This document shows positions 15,178-27,159 of a stretch of DNA of 64,000 bases, one piece after another. The stretch's first letter is position 1. Every line of letters begins with the position of its first letter. A model generated the notes under the pieces. That model made no database searches and was not told where the DNA came from. It saw nothing but the letters and a program-made list of their open reading frames with translations. This stretch comes from Octopus vulgaris (Eukaryota). The position numbers and the translations under genes were made by a program. The stretch is from positions 13,888,001-13,952,000 of the forward strand of contig OX597830.1 of NCBI GenBank assembly GCA_951406725.2. Reading direction: 5' to 3'.

Positions 15178-15330
15178 GGGCATATAGCGTAGTGGTTAAG
15201 AGCGTGGGCTACTAACCCCAAGATTCCGAGTGTATATCAGCCGAACCGTGTTAGCAACAAACAAGATGAGGACAAATATCGTGAAATGTAAATAATGTAC
15301 ATGATTCCTCATCCCTTAAATATAGAACTG
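15178..15330 (+). other. tRNA-like Pol III head at the Penelope 3' end (SINE-like / pseudo-LTR remnant)
   Basis: GGGCATATAGCGTAGTGGTTAAGAGCGTGGGCTACTAACCCCAAG: A-box and anticodon-arm-like segment; B-box truncated after GAGT. Confidence 0.6.
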
Positions 15331-15488
15331 TCATAAGAATTGATAAATTTCGAAAAATGTATAGAGAAATTCGAAGGATTGGTTTGGTCCATTGGTAGCA
15401 TGCCTCTCATGTTTACTTGAGAGGTAGCTTTGAGTTCCATGGACATCCTTCGACTAGGTTTATCATGGGAGGAATTAAACACAACATA

Positions 15489-15572
<84 letters not shown>

Positions 15573-15576
<4 letters not shown>

Positions 15577-16980
15577 TGTTCCTTGAAGAAAATGACTTGC
15601 TGTCTGACACCCAGCATGGATTTCGACCAGGTAGAGGCTGCCTAACACAGCTCCTGCAACACTATGACTGGGTGTTGAAACAGCTACTAAATGTCTCAAA
15701 TGTGGATGTAATATATCTCGACTTTGCAAAAGCCTTTGATAAAGTCGACCATGGTATGATCTGTCACAAACTGCGTGGTCTCGGCATAGGCGGGAAACTT
15801 GGAGAGTGGCTGCAGAACTTCCTAAAAGACAGAAAACAGGCAGTTGTGAGCAATGGAGCCACCTCCAAGGAAACGCAAATAACAAGCGGTGTCCCACAGG
15901 GCACTGTCTTGGGGCCACTGATGTTCATATTGGCCCTTTCAGACATGCCTTCAGTTGCTACGATGACCACCCTTGCTAGCTATGCAGATGACACAAAAGT
16001 CTCCCACGCAATACAAAACCCTGAAAATATTGCGCATCTGCAACATGAGCTGGGCACAATATACAGGTGGGCTGAGGACAACAACATGCAGTTTAATGCA
16101 GGTAAGTTCCAGGCCCTGCGCTATTGGCACACAAAGGTAAATGACGTGAAGACTGGATACACTGGCCCAGGAAGAATTGCAATCCCTGAGTCAAAATCAG
16201 TGCGTGACCTGGGCATTGACATGAGCAATGATGCATCTTTCCAAATGCATATTGCTAATCTGGTGATAAAATGCAGACGGCTAGCTGGATGGATTCTCCG
16301 AACTTTCAGAACAAGAGAGAAGGAGACACTGATGGTCCTATGGAAAACATTCGTCCTCAGCCGCTTGGACTCCTGCTCCCAACTTTGGTCACCACACAAT
16401 ATAAAACAAACAGCAGAACTCGAAGCAATTCAGAGAAGCTACACAAAGAAAATCGTCTCAATGCAAAATATCAGCTACTGGGAAAGACTGAAGGTATTAA
16501 ACCTTTTCTCCCTAGAGCGGAGGCGGGAGAGATATGCAGTGATATACATCTGGAAAATCCTGGAGGGTCTTGTCCCAAACTTTGGCATTAAAAGTTACTC
16601 CAACCGCAGAACGGGGCGCCGCTGCGTGGTGCCAAGGATTCCAACATCACCATCAAAATACAGGTCCAGATACTGCAACAGCTTGGGTTTCAGAGGACCA
16701 CAGCTCTTTAACATCCTCCCTAAATGCCTGAGAGACTTACATGGTGTGGATGTGGGTTTCTTTAAAACTAAACTGGATCTCTTCTTGTTGGGAGTCCCAG
16801 ATGAACCTACCTCACGACAGGAGACGCGGATGCGGGCAGCAGCATCGAACTCCCTTGTTGATCAAGTGTCACGTATCAGAGGTGGATTCACAAACTAGTG
16901 TAGCTCATTCAGCGGTGGTGCCCCAGCATGGCCGCGGCCTTCGGGCTAAAACATTTTTAAGGATTTAAGGATTTAAGGAT
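15573..16980 (+). mobile_element. CR1/L2-type (Jockey-group) LINE, 5'-truncated, young; 3' tail (TTAAGGAT)n
   Basis: Uninterrupted RT C-terminal ORF, short 3'UTR, tandem tail TTTAAGGATTTAAGGATTTAAGGAT; 5' end abuts (TA)n. Confidence 0.95.
15576..16898 (+). CDS. LINE ORF2 reverse transcriptase domain (5'-truncated, 440 codons open)
   Basis: QHGFRPGR, YLDFAKAFDKVDH, GVPQGTVLGPLMF, YADDTK, RDLGI, LERRR; the first 53 codons of the track ORF are flank and microsatellite. Confidence 0.9.
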
Positions 16981-17604
16981 ACTTATATATGTGTATGAGT
17001 GTATGTATATATGTATGTACGTATGTATGTTTATATGTTTGTATGTATCTAAGTTCTCTTTCTCATTTTACTTTAGGATAAATTTTGACCGGCCACCTGC
17101 TTGGTAGCAAGGCTGGGAAGGAAAGCATCTTGGTGAAGACATCTCTTCTCAAAAACCCAAGTTGAGAATAGTCCATAGATATTCTCTTTGTTTTGCATTT
17201 TTTTTTAGTACATTCGTGTTCAGAAGGCATGTACGTATGCATTTATACGTATATGAATACACACATACACACAGGCAAACACATTCATTAATATTTAGTA
17301 GAAGTAACAGAGTGACTCAAAGTTCGAGAGTTTCGTGCATTGGTACCTATGTATATATAAATTAACAGAATGAGATAAAAAAAACCCAAGGCTGTGAATA
17401 GTTTTCAGAACATTTATAAAGAGGTCTTACAGCTGTTTCCGGGATATTTTATAAATCTCTTCATCAGAGACAGTGCGAGAAAATGTTTAAGTAATAGTTA
17501 TTATAGAGAAGATTCGAAATACAGAGTGAAGTGGACGAATGAAAACAGACGTGAGATACGTAAGGATAATGTATTTGCAGTTCCATTATTTAAGCAGAAT
17601 GGTG

Positions 17605-17850
17605 TATATTTATGTTTCCTGTACCTTGTGTGTGAGTTGCAGACCAAGCTTTCCCCATTGACTACACCAGCAGTGTGCTTTCCAGCAGCACGCATAAGTT
17701 CTTCATGCTGAATAGGTGCTCCTTCAAAGGTGTTGACCCTCTCCTTAACCTGCTTCCTCTATCTCTGGCGATGACAGGCATTGCTCTCCCAGTTAGTTTC
17801 CTGCATATCACAGGCATTTAATGAGGACATGACACAGTCCTTAAATCGCA
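17605..17850 (-). mobile_element. RTE (BovB-like) LINE 3' fragment
   Basis: RFKDCVMSSLNACDMQETNWESNACHRQR*RKQVKERVNTFE...: RTE C-terminal pattern. Confidence 0.7.
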
Positions 17851-17974
17851 TACATACATGCATACACACACACCTATATATATAGGGAGAGTTTACGAAA
17901 AAAACAAAAGACGAAGACAGGTGGTGTACAAAACAAACAGATGTATTAGAATAACGCTCAGGAATAGAAAAAGT

Positions 17975-18010
17975 CTTTTACGTTTCGAGCCTACGCTCTT
18001 CTACAGAAAG
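17975..18010 (-). ncRNA. Minimal type-I hammerhead-like motif (core variant)
   Basis: Minus strand: CUUU-CUGUAGA-A-GAGC GUAG GCUC-GAAAC-GUA-AAAG; stem I CUUU/AAAG, stem II GAGC/GCUC, palindromic ACGU stem III; core CUGUAGA deviates from CUGANGA. Confidence 0.55.
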
Positions 18011-18827
18011 GGACACAGAAAAAACAAGTGTGTCTGTGTGTGTGTGTGTGTGTGTGTATGTACATATTCGCCAACACACAACCGTCAACTTTCAACTCTA
18101 CTAGATATTTTATCTGTAATTGCTTTGACTTTTTCTAGATCTGTGATCATCGCCTGCGATTCCATTTTCAACCGTGACTTATTCTCCTAATAAAAATTCG
18201 TTTAGTCGATTTATCTTTCCGTGTTACTTCTGCACGTGTGGAAAGTCTCTTGCACACACTGAAACCCATGTGGCTGTGGATTACCTTTGTCGTCTCCTCG
18301 GTACGAAAGAAAGCAACCAACGGCCTGTATTTATTTTCCTCTGTGAGGAGCCTATTGTCTTCCATTCCCTTCACACATTGCAGGCACATTTCTGTTACCT
18401 TTGGAAAATAGGTTTCTATCATTTGCTATCTTTTGATAATGATAATAATTATTATACTAATAAGAATAGTGTACATTGCAATGCTGAGCAACAATAAAGT
18501 GTGCAAGAACGCGTTGAAAAGCTAATGAATTACACTGACTTCGCTATTGAATTGAAAACAATACAGAAGTTAGGAAACGTGAACATTTTCTCATTTATAA
18601 TTGGTGCATCTGTAATGATGCACAAAACCACTCCTGTATAGATGTCAATAGGTATCTTATTGGTTTGTAACAGAAATCGCCCTCACCTCACCACATCTTT
18701 ACAATAAGAATACTAGGGGTTTATAGATATTGTAAATACGTTTAGTTACGTGTTTTTATTTTGTTAGGTTCAAATGGGCCGAAGTCTATTTCGCAAATCT
18801 TTGTATGGCGGATAATACAAGCATCTG

Positions 18828-19172
18828 TGATGATGATGATGATGATGATAATGATGATGACGATGACGATGATGATGGCGATGACGAAGATGATGTTGAT
18901 AATGGTAATGCTTGCGACGATGTCAATAAGATTGATGTTTATGAAGTGGATGGAAATGAGGACGATGATGAAGCGCATAATGACAATAAGAATGATGTTT
19001 ATCACCACTACCACAGCCACCGTCGTCACTACCACCACTACCACCACCACAACTAACCTTACCACAACTAACCTTACCACAACCGCCACTGGTTCTACCT
19101 TTAAAGTTTTCATAATCATCATCGTCGCCGTCTTCGCCGTCGTAGTCGTCGTCATCGTCATCGTCATCTTCT
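18828..19172. repeat. Degenerate (GAT)n/(CAC)n/(CGT)n trinucleotide array
   Basis: Directly visible. Confidence 0.9.
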
Positions 19173-19767
19173 TCATTCCAATATAAGTCTATTTAATAAC
19201 ACATTCTCTCATTATGTTATTGTTACTACTTAATGTCATGTGTATGTATTATATAAAAACAATACCAACTTCAACTTTTTGTTATTCTTCTCCAAGCTGA
19301 AATTATTTTCCTTCTATTACATCACACAACTATAAAACAGCCTTCCTTTTAATTACCAGTATCACCTTTAATTACATCACATCACTGAATCTGATGAAAT
19401 TCACTTATACTTATTAAGATCTCTTCAATAATTTCATATTGATCTTCAATTGCTATATTACGAAATCATTATCAAAATTCTTTACGCTAAGTTATAATTA
19501 TTAACAATCGACACGGCATCTTTGTTTTCACGAACCTTCTTGCTTCCACTCACTCCGTTATTAATTTCACTGACTGAGCCAACACTTTCTTCGCACTTTC
19601 TCGAAGATTTTGCCTTGTTCCACATGAACATCGACTAGAGATGTTTCTTTGCGAAAAACAAAAACTGCATAAAACAAAACAAAAAATATGAAATATAAGA
19701 CAAAAATTATTTAAATGAGGAAAATAAGTGGCCAGAATGGATAAATCTAAATACAATTAACGCAAAA

Positions 19768-20040
<273 letters not shown>

Positions 20041-21417
20041 CATTTTCTCTTTAATAGAATGCTCATGTATAAGTGCGCACATTTCGCTGCGCATAATTTT
20101 TCATATATAAATACGAGTATGCATACGCAAAATACAATGCATTAGGTATATAATTATATTGAGAAGAGCGTATGTCTGTGTGTGTGTGTGTGTGTGCATA
20201 TCAGTAGGTATAGTATATATGTAAGCTAATCAATATTAAATGGGAGAAAAAGAAAACGTAGATAAACGTATTTTTGAGTCGTTGTCGAGAAAAATGTATT
20301 CGTGTTGCTTTGCAAATTTACAATAGTATAGACAGAATATATTACATCTCCAAATTACTTTTCGCTTTAAGAACATTGTTGAAAAACTTTTGCATAACTG
20401 TCCAAAAGAAACATATTGCTTTTATCGAAAATTAGTACGTTTGTTTAAATCTTAGAAACTCACCTAATAAAGGTAGAATGATAGCAAGAAACAAAATGGA
20501 ATAAAAAAAAAGGACAAAAGAAGAAGAGAAAACCTTAACAACAACATCGGTAATTTCTGTCGAAACAGAAGAATGCATTATGGTAAAGCGCTGTGAACCT
20601 TTTTACAAACTCCAACCGGCTCCAATTGTTTAGCATAGCAGACTTTTTTTTTGTCTTTGATATAAAGATTTTTGCCTGTATTTTTATGTTGTAACTTTTG
20701 GGTAGTTGTGATATATGTCGGTTGTGTTGGTGTTTATTTGTTTTGCAAAATTTTATTTGAAGACTGGCGTAAAAGTTTCCTATACACACATAGAGAGAGA
20801 GAGAGTGTGTGTGTGTAGGTGAATGTAGGAGAATGCGAGGGAGAGAGAGAGACAGTGAGTGAGTGAGCGGGAGGAAAACGTTGGTATTTTTTCAACATTG
20901 CTTTGCAGCTCAAAGATAATTATTTCATTATTTCCTTTTAGGTGAAATTGAGCCACATTCCACTCAGAATAAATTGCAGGGAAAGCCCTTTCAATTTACA
21001 GATTTCACTCACGTCATTGTTTTCAGTGATATGGGCATTACCCTTCAATTACACACTTTCTTTTATGCAAAACTTTCTCTTTCTCTCGCGCTCTCTCTGT
21101 ATGCACGTGAGTATGTGTATGAGTATGTGTGTGTGCATGCGTGTGTAGATTGGTAGATAGAAAGAGGTAAACGAATATAATGAATGTACAAACGAGAGAA
21201 AAATTAATGGCTCAATACAAATTCATTGCTTTATTAATATCGCAGAATCCACCCCGTCCCTTCGCTCCATTTTCTTGTTTGCAGCAACTGATAAAATAAT
21301 CAAATTTCAAAGAGTCTGAGGGTCTCATTTGTTCACAACTGGACAATAGGTTGGCACTGGCCAAACTGCTCGTTTTAGCGCCTATTGTTTTGCAGCTTGT
21401 TTGGTTTTATGATATCT

Positions 21418-21647
21418 GTTTCTTTACTACCCACCAGGGGCTAAACACAGAGAGGACAAACAAGGACAGACAAAGGGACTAAGTCGATTACCTCGACCCC
21501 AGTACGTAACTGGTACTTATTTAATCGACCCCGAAAGGATGACAGGCAAAGTCGGCTTCGGCGGAATTTGAACTCAGAACGTAGCGGCAGACGAAATACG
21601 GCTACGCATTTCGCCCAGCGTGCTACCGTTTCTGCCAGCTCGCCGCC
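21418..21647 (-). mobile_element. SINE family A, full length
   Basis: Reverse complement of 8983-9210; possible TSD TTGTT(T/C)GGTTTT. Confidence 0.9.
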
Positions 21648-21879
21648 TTGTTCGGTTTTGTTGTTCGCCAACATGAAGGGTTCTATAGTATGCGTTGTTC
21701 GGCAGCTTGTAGGCCCTATAACCTTTATAGTTGTTCGGTAATATTTTGTTTTTTTATTCTTCATTATTTTATCTCTAGAGGAAAGAATATTGCCCATGGC
21801 AATTGCAGGTCCTCTGAGACTGACCTAGGATTTTCTATGTTGTTATTGTTCCGTTTAAGCTGTTAGAGATCAACACCTG

Positions 21880-24620
21880 TAAGAAAGTCATTAGCGTAGA
21901 GAAGATTCTAAAGTGCTAATATTCTGGTAATCAGAAAACTGAGCATAATGGTTTAAAGGTATGTGTGGTGCCGAGGGCTTTGGACGAACCATGTGGATAA
22001 AGATATAGTACGTAGGGAATGCTCTAAGGGTGAGGTTACTAGATCAGCCAGCTCCAACGGACAGAACTCATTGCAGAAAAGTCTTGGCTGGAAGACATCA
22101 TGGTTTTCGCTAAAGTGAAGTGTGGGCTTTCTCTGTCACGGACTGGATACGGTTTAATCGAGTGACTCTTAACAGTTCTGAATGTAGGTGTACATACTAG
22201 CAACACGTCCCAGATCTTGGCGGTAGCTATTAAGGGTATGAACAACTTTTGGACCATAAATAGAAGGGCTAGTGTTTTGGGTGTTATCCTAGATATGTTA
22301 ATTAGGTAATTTTTGCGAAAGAAAATCTTTAGGGATAGGGTAGCCAAGCATTTGAAACAAAGGTCCAGCACTTGGAACGACTGTAAGGGTTTCATCTGAG
22401 TGCAATTCATGCTTCACGTTGTGTGGTACAGGGGTGTTCGCTTGATATGAGTTGTGCTAAAGTCCTCTGCAGCTAAAAGCAACAACGTCGGCATAGACTC
22501 ACTGCTTTTGGAATCAGTATAGATTTAACGTGTTACGTCTAGGTTGCATCAGGATGGTGTAAGGGTGAGGGGAGGGCTGTGTTGTTGGCGTAAAATTGAG
22601 TATTGTTAGATGCAGCGGCTAATAAGTCATTGATGTATAGAATGAAAGAGGGGAGACAAACAAAACTCTGGTTGTGGTGGTGGGGTCACAAGAATTGAGT
22701 AAAAGAGGGATAGTAAGAGAGTATCGGCAGATGCATGCTACTATGATGTGGTTACACGGAAGCCTACTGTTGACGAGACGAGAGATAAGTGGAACCTATC
22801 AGCGGGAAATTTTGATTCCTAGGCAGTCGTAGGCTTTACTCACATCTACGGAAACAACATTGATAGATCTTTTCGGTTTGAACGGCAGTGTTTAAAAATA
22901 ATTTCCACGTAACTAAACACTTTTAAACTTCGTATACTGGTAGAATGTGTTTATAAAACATCTTTTTCTCTTGGCTTTATTGAGAAAATTCTATAGTTTG
23001 TAAGATATTTGTTGTTTTTTTTTCTTCAATTTCTGCAATTTAAACCAATCAATGACGTCTATTGGAGGTGAAAACATTCTGTGCCGTATGAATACGTCCC
23101 TCGTTTAAGAAACAGATTGGGTTTATTTACATTTCTGAAGAAAAAAGATACCCTTCTCCCACCTCTAACCCTAACCCTAACCCTAACTAACCCTAAAACA
23201 GATTGAAATGCAATAGATCGATACTAGGGTCATAATTATGGGTGACAATTTCATATGACACCGCTAGAAAAACTGCCGTTCAAACCGAAAAGATCCACAT
23301 TGCTTTCATTAAACATCACTAGAGCAGGAGTTCTCTGCCTAGTGACACAAGAGAGCAGGTTACCAGTGAAACATATATTGAAGTGTACTTCCAAATTCGA
23401 GGATATATGCCAGCAGATACCAAGAGATGAAGAATTTTGTCAGTGTATAAGCAAGTTCTGGGACGCATCGCTCGAGTGTAATGGAAGGTACGTTGTGAGG
23501 ATCAGTGTCTTATTTGCTTGAATCAAATGGAGGTATTTCAGCGATTGTTGTGTTTATATGGGAGTTGGGGAGCGTGGCGAAAGAGGAAGAGATAGATTTA
23601 GATGGGACAAGCGTAGGGTGTGTAGTGTAGAATTGAATAAAAAGAAAGCAAAGATGAAGGTTTTCTCCTTGGTGGTACGACTAATAGAGCCATTTGGTGG
23701 AAATACTCTTCGCAAGGAACAAAAGGTATTGACTGTAGTTTGCGAAGATCTGGAAGATCTTGCGTTGGCCAGAGGTATCCTTGGCACTAGGTGTGGGGAT
23801 CTTACAGCGTTGCGCTGCTGGGTGAATGGCATTCAGCTTTTGAAAGTGCATGAAATGATCAAGCAATTGTAGGCCTGATACTTCCTGGACACCAGTTGCA
23901 GAGTTACTAGTAAACAGGTCAGAAGAATTGAGTCACTTCAGCTTGGCTGTTTGTGGGGTGATGAAAGAATGTTTTTGGAAGGGCGAATTCAGTCAGCCAC
24001 CTAGATATTTTTAGTTGGTCAAGAGTGAAGCTTGTAGGCTTTTAGAAATAAGTAAGTGCCATTAAACTGGTAGTGGTCCGTCCAGTTGACTGACTTGAAA
24101 TGCGGTGGGACCAGGCGGAAGGGGTGTTGTATAGCATGAGATTGTGCATTGAATAGTTACAATGAGTCCGTGGTTGGATGACTCACTAGCTAATGACATT
24201 CTATTAATACAAGGTTCAAGTGATACTTGCAATGAAGTAATACATCCAGAACTGGGACGTGATTCTATCGGACATGGTTTCGTAGTGGTTTGGAATTGAA
24301 GTGAGAAAAACATATGTATGCCGGTCTGGAATGAAAATATAGCACGAAACGAGTCGAATAAAAATTGAAACTCGCAGTTTAGGTGTGGGATAAGTGCGAG
24401 AGTCATGAAGTATTGTGAGTGCAGAGGTCAGCGAAAATGATGTTTCCAGAAATAGGAGAGGTGGTTGTATGGGGTAGGGGTATGTGTGATTCCAATGCAA
24501 GAGGAGATATGGTCGAAGAGCTGCTTCTCGTTTAAGGACTTTAGCGTGAAACAGAAGAGAGCAGACGTATTTGGGTGGTGGGGAAGGAAACTCGAACCAT
24601 ACAGGTTCTTGTTTCAATTG
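21880..24620 (-). mobile_element. Old Jockey-group (CR1/L2-like) LINE, heavily decayed, split by a MITE
   Basis: Minus strand: VSVDVSKAYD (~22860-22828), PLFILYINDLL (~22654-22621), YADV (~22496-22485); outer boundaries approximate. Confidence 0.7.
22865..23296. mobile_element. MITE with ~25 bp TIRs, 8 bp TSD and internal (CCCTAA)n
   Basis: TIR (A/G)GATCTTTTCGGTTTGAACGGCAGT at both ends; flanks ACATTGAT / ACATTGCT; telomeric-type repeats at 23165-23196. Confidence 0.9.
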
Positions 24621-25103
24621 CCATTACTCTTCACCAATTCCTGCCAGGGCGGAACAGCGCATGCTTTTGCATAGCTGCATCATCGATTTATTCTATTTCC
24701 ATTTTCCTCGTAATTCATAATGCTTATATATTCACTGGGAAGCGAATCTTGTGAAGTGTTACTACGAATGCTGAGTTGTATATCTTAATAATTGATTGTA
24801 CTCAGCTAAAAAGAAAAAAAAAAAGCGTCTGCCTCTCTTAGAAATACGTCTGTTTCGAATAAATCTAACTATGATGGTTGTTCAGTTAATCATTATCTAA
24901 GTTGTTTCTTATTGAAATGTTGCTGGTTAACCTCGGATTAAACAATAACAAAATCGTTGTAAAAAGCTTTCACGTAGATCATTTAAAATCTTTTAGCGAG
25001 GAGGGAAAACGAATCGCATGCACCTCTTTACTGAGAGATAGAGAAGCTCTGCTGACAACGGAGAACTGGTTCAAATGCTTGTAGCAAACCGGACCCCTTA
25101 AAG

Positions 25104-25359
25104 CAGAGGTTCTCATCAGAGGTCCATATGACCCTTGGGGTTCTATATAAGATTTCGCTGTTAGAAGTGATATGAAATAAATTGCTTATACTTCAACAAT
25201 ATATAAAATATTTTAATAATTTTTTAATACATTTCCTGATAATGTTTTTATATAGAAACATAAAATGAATTTTTTAAAACATCAAATGCTTATAAAAGTC
25301 TATCCGAGCAATATAGGAATCAAACGGGTCCATAAGTGAAAAATGGTTGAGAAATATTG
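25104..25359. mobile_element. hAT (Charlie-like) MITE
   Basis: Ends CAGAGGTTCTCA... / ...GGTTGAGAAATATTG; 8 bp TSD CCTTAAAG / CCTTAAAA. Confidence 0.7.
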
Positions 25360-26078
25360 CCTTAAAAAAACCCACGGACAATCTAATAGTTTGAAAGCGT
25401 CAACAAATTAAGTCTACCATCTTCACTTGCAGTAGTATTTAGTTGGGACATAAATCCCGGCTCACCTCTGTATTAATTATGAAATATTATAAAGACGACT
25501 AAGAGATAATTTTGGAAGCAATGTTTGCCAGAATATTTCGCTGCAATTCCAGCTACTTTAGTCAAACTATGATTTTAACTAAGATACTTATGTATAATTA
25601 ATGGTAAAAATCTGATAAAAAGCTGCAATACAGTGTCGACTTGTTGAAACTTGGGCTTACGACGTAACGAAACAGGTACGTGGCTTCTGTACCTCATCCA
25701 ACTCAGCCTGCTTTCTCACCCTGATCAATCATATTGTGTTGTCCTCCTCAGCCCGCACTGACCACTAACCAATTATCCTGTCATTTCTTCTCAAAACTTC
25801 ATCCCAGTTGAAACTCTGATATACCGCCAAAATATGGTTTGTTCAAGAAAGAAAACGCCCAGGTCAACCTCACTGGTCTTGGAAGATAAGAAAGGACATA
25901 AGCACAGCGCTGTTAAGACTGAACCATTAAAATATTAATCATGGGACAAATTTTGAAATTAGAGATAATGTTTCGAATTAAACATGGCAACTAAGCAATT
26001 CTGTGCCTAAAGAACTAACTATTTTTCTTGCGGTTATATATATATACTTTATTTAAAAGCAGCAAAAATATCACAAAA

Positions 26079-26117
26079 ACTGATATTCAGAGTTTCACAT
26101 TCCCCTCGTCGGACAGT
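26079..26117 (-). ncRNA. Degenerate type-I hammerhead-like motif
   Basis: Minus strand: ACUGU-CCGACGA-GGGGAAUGU-GAAACUCUGAAUA-UCAGU; stem I ACUG/CAGU, mutated core; followed by an AATAAA-containing tail and (TA)n. Confidence 0.4.
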
Positions 26118-26333
26118 TTTCTTTATAATAAAACAAAAATAAGGTTATAAGCAAACATATACAATTAGCGTAATAGATGCACATTTGAAAATGGTTTTGT
26201 TTCATTGGTCCTTCCAATTAACAGTCTTTACAGTGATCGGCTGCACGCAATGAATAAATTTCGGTATAAAATTATCTTATAAAATCGAAGAAAGCCTTAA
26301 ATCAAAAATAACTTATAAAGAAGTTTAGAGCCT

Positions 26334-26460
<127 letters not shown>

Positions 26461-26536
26461 TGCCTTGAACCGATCAAAGCCTTGTGAGTAGATTTGGTAA
26501 ACGGAAATTAAAAGACTCTTCTTGTATATGTATATA

Positions 26537-27071
26537 CAGGGTGCAGTGAATATATTGCCGTTTAAATTACACAAAAATGAAAATAACACTGGCATCTCAT
26601 TTTACCAGATATATTTACCAAAATTACATAAAAAATATCTTGAAATACGGAAGAGTAAACTTATTCAATAAAATCGCCATTGGCTTCAACCATGATCTCC
26701 AGACATCTTTGGAATCTCCTGCAAGTTTTCTAGTCTCCATGTTTAAGTTGGTGAATGCTGCCATAATCCTTACATTCAGTTCATCATTGGTGTTAGAATG
26801 AGTTTTGTTGGTCTCTCGCTCAACTGTGCCCATACATAATAATCAAGGGAAAGCTTCCGGCCCTTCATAATAGAGCTTCTGGCGTGAATGCCAAACAGTA
26901 TAACATGTTTCTAAATTGCTGGGAGAATAACTTGCGTCATGGTGCTGTTTTTCTCAAAGACGGTGCCAAACTGACCCTACTATACAGTGTTGTTGACAAA
27001 ATCAAATACAAACAATGCGCATGCGCGTAATTAACAATGTGATATGGCGATAATTTACCTACCACACCCTG
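26537..27071 (-). mobile_element. Tc1/mariner-superfamily internal-deletion derivative
   Basis: TA-flanked TIRs CAGGGTG...CACCCTG; minus-strand LDYYVWGTVERETNK..NTNDELNVRIMAAFTNLN; homologous to 50122-51308. Sits inside a family B SINE (26465-26530 and 27160-27385). Confidence 0.85.
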
Positions 27072-27159
27072 TATGTATACATATATACATGCGTACATAC
27101 ATACATACATACACATATATATGTATGTGTGCGTGCGTGTGTGTGTATGTATTTATATG

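Noticed and set aside
15417-15575. N-terminal 53 codons of the 493 aa ORF as a novel fusion
   Set aside because: Read-through across decayed flank and (CA)n(TA)n; the LINE is simply 5'-truncated.
23165-23196. Telomere or chromosome-fusion site
   Set aside because: Only about five units, inside a TIR/TSD-bounded MITE.
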